From the NCBI GenBank assembly GCA_031422435.1, contig JANPLU010000131.1, forward strand, positions 1 through 10,836: DNA of 10,836 nucleotides. The letters are read 5' to 3'. The notes beneath the pieces were generated by a model. That model worked only from the letters and a program-made list of their open reading frames with translations. It did not search any database and was not told where the DNA came from. Origin of the DNA: Acaryochloridaceae cyanobacterium VAR_48_metabat_390. GTDB lineage: Bacteria > Cyanobacteriota > Cyanobacteriia > Thermosynechococcales > Thermosynechococcaceae. Below, in pieces: positions 1 through 6,506 of this stretch (position 1 is its first letter; every line of letters begins with the position of its first letter). A program made the position numbers and the translations under genes.

Positions 1-169
1 CCACCCGGTGCTGGGGGTTGCTGGTGGGTGGCGCTGCTGCGTACTGCCATAAGATTGGGGGGCACCACAGCCGCGCCACGCAGGTTAAGGCGGCTAAGGC
101 GATCGCTGCACGCCAATGGTCTGCCCCCAAAATACTGCTAAACATTCGCCGGAACTGACTAGGCTTCAC
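1..169 (-). CDS. 5' part of a hypothetical protein running off the left edge (possible signal peptide)
   Basis: Open frame from GTG (169-167) or in-frame ATG (145-143) to the edge: (MKPSQFRR)MFSSILGADHWRAAIALAALTCVARLWCPPILWQYAAAPPTSNPQHRV. Basic N-terminus plus Ala/Leu stretch; co-oriented with and just downstream of the peptidase. Too short to identify. Confidence 0.35.
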   Translation of the reverse strand, partial: MKPSQFRRMFSSILGADHWRAAIALAALTCVARLWCPPILWQYAAAPPTSNPQHRV

Positions 170-246
170 GGATTGTTGGCTCACTTATAGGCTTAGGGTA
201 GTGCCACAGCGGTCGGAACCCGTTTAAGAAGTCTACAGCAAACACT

Positions 247-1512
247 TTAGGGATGCATCACCAGCGAACGGTAGGCATTGACGGGTAGAAAGGTTTGAGC
301 GGCAGCTTGGATTGCCGCTTGGCTTACCGCTTGGATGTGCTGGGTATAGCTTAGACCCGTAGTGAGATCTCCCATTACCGCGTGGGCATAGCCGTAAAGC
401 CCCGCCCGACTAGAAGGCGTTTCGTTCTCAAACACAAACGAATTGACGGTCTGCCGCTGCACTTGGGTTAGTTCTGCGGCAGTCACGTATTCTTCATGGA
501 TCTGCTGAATATGAGCTAAAACTGCGTCCTTCACCACTGCAACATTTTCGGCAGGCAGGTGAGCAGAAACCCAAAAGAGTCCTTGGGCAACGTGAGTCAT
601 GTTGCTTACGCCAATATGGGTGACGAGTCCTCTGGTTTCTCGCAGATCTTTTACCAACCGAGAGGTTCTGCCAGACCCCAAAATCCGTGCCAAAACGTCT
701 AGGGCTTAGTTTTGATCATGCGCCAAAACCCCAGGGACACGCCACATCAGCATTAGCCTTGCTTCAGTTAGCCGCTCGTCTTGAATCTCGTGGTGCTGGA
801 CTTGGGTAAAGGCAGGCTCTGGCAGCGGTTGAGATGGCGGTTCTTGGGCGGACGCGGGGCTGTAAGTATCAAGCTGCTGCTCTAGAGTGGCGACCATTTC
901 CTCAACGGGCAGGTTGCCTACTACCACCGCCGTTAGGTTAGAAGGCGCATACCAGTTTTGATGGAACTGCCGCATCTGCTCGGCCTTCAAATGTTCAATC
1001 ACTTCGGCAGGGCCTAACACTGGACGGCGATAGGGGAGGCGGTCAAATGCGACTTCCATTGCCCGTGTAAACACGCAGCGGCGAATATTGTCGGCACTGC
1101 GGCGGATTTCTTCTAAAACGACCTGCCGCTCTCGCTCAAATTCGGCATCGGGGATGGCGGCGTTGAGGACGAGGTCGAGCTGAAGAGGGGCGATCGCCTC
1201 AAGGTCTTGTGGTGCGGTGGTGATATAAAAGCAGGTATAGTCTTGGCTGGTCATGGCATTGGTCATGCCGCCGCACTGCTCTACCTGGCGCTCAAAGGCT
1301 CCAGGGGCTAGAGTTTGAGTGCCCTTAAACACCATATGCTCTAAAAAGTGCGCCATGCCGTTGATGTCATCGGTTTCTACGGCGGAGCCAATGGGCACCC
1401 AGAGGCTAAAGTTGACGGCCTCAATGGGCATTTGTTCAGCAATAATGGTCAGCCCTGATGCCGTTTTATGGAAAATAGGGCTTTGTAAGGTGGGAAGTGC
1501 GGAAACAGGCAT
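247..1512 (-). pseudogene. M16 (pitrilysin/insulinase, M16B-type) zinc metallopeptidase interrupted by a single in-frame TAA
   Basis: ORFs 706..1512 and 247..693 are in the same frame; junction reads ...WRVPGVLAHDQN*ALDVLARILGSGRTSRLVKDLRE... N-terminal part has the inverted zinc motif HFLEH (GMAHFLEHMVFKGT), NAMTSQDYT and EFERERQVVLEE; the C-terminal part is an M16_C domain. Joined length 421 codons, typical of a full M16B subunit. Could be a sequencing error rather than a real pseudogene. Confidence 0.88.
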
Positions 1513-1832
1513 GGAAGTTAGAGCAAAAGGATCAACTGTCTCTCTTTAGTTTTGACGATTTCTCCATCACTTGCCAATCTGCTTTTATGGACCTCTTGCA
1601 TGAATCAGCAGAGGGATCTAGAAATGGGTTATCGAGATAGATTCAATCTGACAACGTCGCTCTCAATCAGCTTTTCCTTAACTTCTGCTGCCCTATCATT
1701 GAGGATAAATTCCGGTAGCCCTAGAGAAAACTATTTTTGCTTGCCGTCAGAAATTTGCTGGGGCAACCTCAGCCGGATCCGACCCTGAAAAGATTCAATC
1801 TCAATTATGCCTTTGGGGGACTTGTTAGAAGA

Positions 1833-2134
1833 TGTCGTCCCCTTGGGCTTTTTTACCTGAAGATCGCACTTGACCGTGTAAGACAATCTTCCATGCTTCA
1901 ATTACTCCTGCTTCCCGCCCTTACTTGTAGTACCAGTAGACCGTTGAGTAGGGTGACGAGTCTTTGAGCAAGTCTTCCCAATTACACCCATTTTGAGTTG
2001 ATAGAGCATCTCATCGACAATCTCTCATTTTGTCCGATTGGGAGGTTGTGTCCGTTTCTTCGTTGGTATTACTGGAGTAACAGGGGTTCAAAAATTTCCC
2101 ATTCTTCATCGGTGTAGCTACTGGAATATACCAC
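1833..2134 (-). pseudogene. Decayed IS5-family transposase, N-terminal (DUF4096-like) portion
   Basis: Manual minus-strand translation across frameshifts: VVYSSSYTDEEWEIFEPLLLQ / VIPTKKRTQPPNRTK*EIVDEMLYQLK / (N)GCNWEDLLKDSSPYSTVYWYYK*GREAGVIEAWKIVLHGQVRS / QVKK.PKGTT. Matches the recalled cyanobacterial IS5 pattern YSSxLTDxEWEIxEPLL...YQLKNGCNWxDLPKDLPPYSTVYWHYKQWR...LHGQVRxQVKKKPKWT. Stops at 2027-2025 (TGA) and 1923-1921 (TAA), at least 3 frameshifts, no DDE domain visible. Confidence 0.85.
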
Positions 2135-2199
2135 GGTGATTAAACTAGAGGAGTTTGAGTGCCTTAATTCAAGTTCTGTAAGATACCAAATGGGTTCAT
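1833..2199 (-). mobile_element. IS5-family insertion sequence relic (left end plus truncated transposase)
   Basis: Transposase remnant plus a candidate left terminal inverted repeat ~50-65 bp upstream of its start (minus strand GAACCCATTTGGTATCT, 2197-2181). No matching right end in the expected orientation, so the IR call is tentative. Confidence 0.6.
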
Positions 2200-2240
2200 A
2201 GAACAATTTAACTCACCATTTTTGGTGGTTGATCCTAAAT

Positions 2241-2256
2241 GATGAGTACACTCATC
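2241..2256. promoter_or_regulatory. Palindrome GATGAGT-AC-ACTCATC upstream of the HCP gene, candidate operator
   Basis: Perfect 7-bp arms with a 2-nt spacer, ending 92 bp before the ATG at 2348. Function inferred from position only. Confidence 0.3.
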
Positions 2257-2347
2257 CGTCTATGGTTACCCTTTGATCTCTTCCTAAAGCTAGTATTTTT
2301 TCTAAAAGCAAGGCCGTAAAATACTGAAAATAAATTAAAGAAACCTT

Positions 2348-2830
2348 ATGACCGCAACTACTTCCTATATAAACCCTAAGATTATTTCAAATTTTAAATC
2401 ACTATCGATTGATCAAAAGCTTATCTTTCTGTAGTGCATGTACCAAAAGGAATGGAAATCGATTATTCCTGCCGCACCTGTCGCTAGAACTGCATCCCCC
2501 GCGATCGCAGAAGGTATTTTTGGGCAGATCTTAGAAATGAGCCATGAAGAACAGCTTCAGGTGCAGCGTGAGCTAATTGAGTGTAAAGATAGCCCCATTA
2601 GCCACATGTATGGCGCTCTTAGCGACACCACAAAACTTCTGTTCTGGTGCTTACTGGCTCAAGGAATGGATCGGTCTGAAATCATTCCCATGCCAGAAGA
2701 TTACACCCTAGATTCTCAAGGCTCCGAGTGCTTAAGTCAGCTTCAGGCACTTGAGTATTCTGAGCAAATCACCGTTTTACGAGAACTTGTAGAAGGGATG
2801 GGTGTTGAGCCAAGCAGCATTGCTTCTTAG
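2348..2830 (+). pseudogene. Helical carotenoid protein (orange carotenoid protein N-terminal domain family) with an in-frame TAG at codon 29
   Basis: From ATG 2348: MTATTSYINPKIISNFKSLSIDQKLIFL*CMYQKEWKSIIPAAP, in frame with ORF 2438..2830. OCP-NTD/HCP motifs: F-x-x-L-S-x-D-x-K-L, SIxPAAP, IAEGIFGQI, MSHEEQLQVQREL, ISxxYGALSDTTKLLFW, LAQGM, IIPMPEDY, LEYSEQITVLRELVEGMG. 160 codons, no NTF2-like CTD, so HCP rather than full OCP. TAG at 2432-2434 sits where the family has Trp. Confidence 0.87.
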
Positions 2831-2905
2831 AATGAGCAGCTAGGCTATAAATGCTTCGCATTTGAATCTGAAGCCTATTAATTCATTCAATGGTTAATTT
2901 AATTT

Positions 2906-2942
2906 TAAGTAGAAGATGAAAGTATGTTGTGCCTTCTACTTA
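2906..2942 (+). other. 10-bp inverted repeat (stem-loop) between the HCP gene and the small ORF
   Basis: TAAGTAGAAG (2906-2915) and CTTCTACTTA (2933-2942), 17-nt loop, followed by a pyrimidine-rich stretch. May be a weak terminator or mRNA-stabilising hairpin. Confidence 0.35.
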
Positions 2943-2973
2943 TTTCTCTCTCTAAAAATTCAGGAAAAGTCAA

Positions 2974-3192
2974 ATGCTACTTCAAAAAAAAGAAAACGGG
3001 ACATTAGTTGAAATTATAGATATTCAAGAAATTATTAGCCCTAATCAAACAGAGGTTATGGTTCGCGTTCAGGCAGGTGAAGAAGAGCAAGATCCTGAAT
3101 CTATTCAGAAGCAAAGCTTAACCTTCCCCTCTGGTGAAAGTTTGCCCCGCTGCTGGATAGATGCCGAGTATCAAAAAGAAAAATCTAGATAG
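2974..3192 (+). CDS. Conserved small cyanobacterial hypothetical protein (72 aa)
   Basis: Motifs G-x-LVEI, QAGEEEQDPE and L-x-FPSGESLPRCW-x-D-x-x-Y match a small cyanobacterial family that I recall being auto-labelled 'acetyltransferase'. AGGA precedes the ATG; the stop is 14 nt before the next gene. Confidence 0.85.
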   Translation: MLLQKKENGTLVEIIDIQEIISPNQTEVMVRVQAGEEEQDPESIQKQSLTFPSGESLPRCWIDAEYQKEKSR

Positions 3193-3206
3193 GCCAGGAG
3201 AATACG

Positions 3207-6200
3207 ATGTTTGAATATATTCAATCGCTACCTAGTTTTAGCGGGCTGCTATTTCAAGTTGCACAAGTCACAGCCGATCCAACTATTGTCGCTGGGGGAG
3301 ATATTTCTGTTTTTTCTGGCCCCCAATTTCTAGTCGCATTAATTTCAGGATTAATGATGACATTTGGATTTCAGCTATTGCTGACTAATTTTTCCGTTGC
3401 ATTTATAAGTTTTCCAAGACGAGAATCGGAGACAGATGAAGACTCTGAAGGTCTAGGCTCTGCCATCCGCTCCATTGAGACTAAAGTTGGGGTTTGGGTC
3501 CTGGTTACTGTCAGTATTGCCCTATTTGCTGCCTGCTTTTTAGCGGTAAAACTAAGCTTAGTCGCTAGTTCGTCCTTAGGGGCAATTATTGGGATTGTGA
3601 TTTGGTCTACCTATTTCTCGCTGCTGGTATGGCTTGGATCAACGGCTGTCGGGTCTTTAATTGGGTCGGTCATTAGTGCAGCCACTTCAGGGCTTCAAAG
3701 CATTTTTGGCACAACCACCGCAGCAATTGGTGCAAATATTGCAAAAGGTCAGATGGTTTCAACGGCTGAAGATATTACTGCTGTTGTTCGTCGAGAGCTT
3801 ACTTCTGGTATTGACGCTAATAGCATTCAAAAAACGCTTCAAAATTCTCTGAGCAGTTTGCAGGTTCCCAATCTTGATCTTGATAAAATCGGGAGCCAGT
3901 TTGAAAAACTGCTGAATGAGTCAGATCTTAAAAATGTGACGGATAGTGGCCTGCTAGGAACGGTAGATCGACAAAGCTTTGTTGACCTACTGAGCAGTCG
4001 AACGGATTTTTCTAAAAAAGAAATCGACCAAATTGTGGATCGGCTCGATTCAACTTGGAAGCAGGTCGCGGGTAAAGGTGGGAAAAAAGATTTCAAGAGC
4101 CAACTATCTGGTTTATTGAACGCCGTTACGCCAGAAAACCTAAACTCTAAGGATTTAGCAGGTAAACTTCAGCAGCTTGTGGGCGAAGGCTCTTCAAAAG
4201 ATGCCAGTCTGACCAGCCAAGCCCTACAGCTTGGCTTTAGTGCGCTGTTTGGGAAAGTGCTAAGCAATGTTGATCTCTCAGATTTAGATATCGAGAAGGT
4301 TTCGGGTCAACTTCAGCAGCTCAAAGGCACTGTACTGGGCAAGGCAAGTCAGGCTAACAAAACAACATCGGGTAAAGCACAAAAGCCGTTTAGCGTCATT
4401 CAGGCAGATCTTGAAAACTACCTGCTGTTTACGCCAACCTGGGAACTCAACCAGGATGCAGTAAAGCAGCACTTTAAAGACGTTATTTATGACACTCAAG
4501 CCGATCCTGGCGCTATCCGTAAGGAACTAGAGCTGGTGAATCGCAGCTACTTTGTTGAAACACTCTCTTTACGGGATGATCTCAAACCAGATCGAGTTGA
4601 AGAACTTGCTACCTCTCTCGAACAAATTCGTAACGAGGTGTTTGAGACGGTTCAGCAGTCAGAGGCGGAGGGGCGATCGCAGGATCTCCGCAGCCGAGTT
4701 GAAAACTACCTCCGCTTGACTGGAAAAGACGAGCTAAACCCTGAAAGCATTGGTCAAGAATTTAAGACGCTTTTGAGCGATCCCGACGCTGGGGTTGATG
4801 CGTTGGGCAATCGTCTCAATCAGTTTGACCGAGATACCTTAGTCCAACTGCTTCAGCAGCGCCAAGACATTACGCCTGACGAAGCCGAACAGATCGTAGG
4901 CCAACTTGAGAGTACGCGCGATCGCGTCCTATCCGATGCGAAAGACCTGAAAGAGCAGGCCAAGGCAAAAACTCAGGAGCTGCGCGGCAAGGTTGAAGAC
5001 TATCTCCGTAATACCAACAAAGATGAGCTGAACCCTGAAGGCATCCAGCGCGATCTCCGCACTTTATTCGACGATCCTCAAGCTGGCGTGAGTGCCTTAA
5101 AATCACGACTTTCGCAGTTTGACCGCGATACGCTGGTGCAGTTGCTCAGTCAGCGACAGGATCTCAGTGAAGAGCAGGTCAATCAGGTGCTAGACCAGGC
5201 CGAATCAGTGCGAGACAGCATCGTACACGCACCTCAAAAGGTTGCGGACAAAGCAAAAGAGCAGTACGACCAAACCACGACGGTGATCGCCAACTATCTG
5301 CGCGATACCAACCTAAGCGAGCTAGACCCTGAAGGCATCCAGCGTGATTTAACCGCTCTGCTAGACGACCCTAAGGCGGGTGCCTCTGCTCTGCGCGATC
5401 GCCTGTCTCAGGTTGACCGCGAAACCCTGGTCAAGCTGTTGACCCAGCGAGGAGATTTAACCGAAGAACAGGTTAATCAGAGCATCGATCAGATTCAGTC
5501 TGCCATTCGCAATATTGTCAAAGCCCCGCGTCGGCTAGCCCGTCGTGCCCAAAAGCAGGCCGTTGCCTTTGAGGAAAATCTAGAGAACTACCTACGCAAT
5601 ACCCAAAAAGAAGAGCTGAACCCTGACGGCATTAAACGTGACCTTCAGCTTTTGCTTCAGCATCCTCGCGCTGGACTGGGCAGTTTGGGCGATCGCGCCT
5701 CACAGTTTGACCGCGCCACCTTTGTTGCTCTGCTGTCTCAAAGAGAAGATATCTCTGAAGAAGAGGCCAACCGAATTGCCGATCAGATTGAGTCTACCTA
5801 CCGCTCACTGGTCGAACAGGTGCAAAACATTCAGCAAACAGTTCAGTCCGCCATTGATAGCGTATTCGATAAAATCCGTGACTACCTTAACGCTTTAGAG
5901 CGCCCAGAACTCAACTATGAAGGTATTCAAGACGATTTCCGTAAAGTCTTTGACGATCCTCAAGCTGGGTTTGATGCCTTAAAAAATCGTTTAGGACAGT
6001 TTGATCGAGGTACCTTGGTTGCCGTTCTGAGTTCCCGTGAAGATATCTCTGAGACCGATGCCAATCGGATTCTAGACAAGATTGAAGAGACACGAAATGG
6101 GGTACTGCACCAAGCCGAACAGATTCAGCAAGAGGTACAAAGGCGCTTTAATCAAGTGAAGCATCAGGCTCAAAAGCAGGCCATTGAGACGCAGAAGGTT

Positions 6201-6317
6201 GCAGCAGGCGCTGCCTGGTGGCTTTTTAGTACAGCACTTGTCTCTCTTGCAGCCTCAGCATTTGCAGGTGCAATAGCTGTTTCTGGCGCGAGAGTCTTAA
6301 GTTCTTTTGCACGTTAG
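3207..6317 (+). CDS. Large membrane-anchored helical repeat protein of unknown function (1036 aa)
   Basis: RBS AGGAG at 3196-3200. About 3-4 hydrophobic segments in the first ~170 aa, one at the C-terminus (AAGAAWWLFSTALVSLAASAFAGAIAV), and a long Q/E/D/L/R-rich soluble region of 98-aa repeats. Confidence 0.93.
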   Translation: MFEYIQSLPSFSGLLFQVAQVTADPTIVAGGDISVFSGPQFLVALISGLMMTFGFQLLLTNFSVAFISFPRRESETDEDSEGLGSAIRSIETKVGVWVLVTVSIALFAACFLAVKLSLVASSSLGAIIGIVIWSTYFSLLVWLGSTAVGSLIGSVISAATSGLQSIFGTTTAAIGANIAKGQMVSTAEDITAVVRRELTSGIDANSIQKTLQNSLSSLQVPNLDLDKIGSQFEKLLNESDLKNVTDSGLLGTVDRQSFVDLLSSRTDFSKKEIDQIVDRLDSTWKQVAGKGGKKDFKSQLSGLLNAVTPENLNSKDLAGKLQQLVGEGSSKDASLTSQALQLGFSALFGKVLSNVDLSDLDIEKVSGQLQQLKGTVLGKASQANKTTSGKAQKPFSVIQADLENYLLFTPTWELNQDAVKQHFKDVIYDTQADPGAIRKELELVNRSYFVETLSLRDDLKPDRVEELATSLEQIRNEVFETVQQSEAEGRSQDLRSRVENYLRLTGKDELNPESIGQEFKTLLSDPDAGVDALGNRLNQFDRDTLVQLLQQRQDITPDEAEQIVGQLESTRDRVLSDAKDLKEQAKAKTQELRGKVEDYLRNTNKDELNPEGIQRDLRTLFDDPQAGVSALKSRLSQFDRDTLVQLLSQRQDLSEEQVNQVLDQAESVRDSIVHAPQKVADKAKEQYDQTTTVIANYLRDTNLSELDPEGIQRDLTALLDDPKAGASALRDRLSQVDRETLVKLLTQRGDLTEEQVNQSIDQIQSAIRNIVKAPRRLARRAQKQAVAFEENLENYLRNTQKEELNPDGIKRDLQLLLQHPRAGLGSLGDRASQFDRATFVALLSQREDISEEEANRIADQIESTYRSLVEQVQNIQQTVQSAIDSVFDKIRDYLNALERPELNYEGIQDDFRKVFDDPQAGFDALKNRLGQFDRGTLVAVLSSREDISETDANRILDKIEETRNGVLHQAEQIQQEVQRRFNQVKHQAQKQAIETQKVAAGAAWWLFSTALVSLAASAFAGAIAVSGARVLSSFAR
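4413..6170 (+). repeat. Intragenic tandem repeat, 294-nt / 98-aa period
   Basis: Equivalent x-N/D-Y-L motifs start at 4701 (ENYL), 4995 (EDYL), 5289 (ANYL), 5583 (ENYL) and 5877 (RDYL), each exactly 294 nt apart; a diverged unit starts at 4413 (288 nt earlier). Consensus ENYLRNTxKxELNPEGIQRDLxxLxDDPxAGxxALxxRLSQFDRxTLVxLLSQRxDxSEExxNxIxDQ. Confidence 0.92.
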
Positions 6318-6333
6318 GCAAATCTTCTCAATC

Positions 6334-6372
6334 TGCAAAAAGCCTCTCACCTAAAGTGAGAGGCTTTTTGCA
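6334..6372 (+). terminator. Intrinsic terminator, probably bidirectional
   Basis: TGCAAAAAGCCTCTCAC-CTAAA-GTGAGAGGCTTTTTGCA: perfect 17-bp inverted repeat with A5 and T5 flanks, starting 17 nt after the stop of the 1036-aa gene. Confidence 0.88.
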
Positions 6373-6506
6373 TAAATGAAGCTCCAACGAGCGATCGTCG
6401 TAAACTTATTAACAACGAGCAGATCATTAGGCCATGGACTAGTTAACACATTTCTGGTTCTAAGTTAACGGAAGTTCGACGGGAAACGGTAGGCTAAACT
6501 GCAATA

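Noticed and set aside
1615..1630. GATCTAGAAATGGGTT as the second IS end (shares AAATGGGTT with 2188-2196)
   Set aside because: Same orientation as the candidate left end rather than inverted, and only 9 nt identical.
1319..1967. Plus-strand ORFs 1319..1549, 1552..1788 and 1737..1967
   Set aside because: Non-ATG starts and no recognisable motifs; the first is antisense to the peptidase and the third overlaps the IS5 relic on the opposite strand.
706..2434. Stop-codon reassignment or programmed readthrough explaining both in-frame stops
   Set aside because: The stops differ (TAA at a Tyr position, TAG at a Trp position), each is one substitution from the expected codon, and TAA and TAG end other genes here normally.
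2984..2991. A8 run in the small ORF (and T8 at 7871-7878) as phase-variation tracts
   Set aside because: Both frames are intact, and runs of 8 encoding Lys or Phe are common.
3207..6317. Calling the 1036-aa protein an MFS transporter or a phage tape-measure protein
   Set aside because: Only about 4-5 hydrophobic segments rather than 12, no MFS motif A, and no phage genes nearby.
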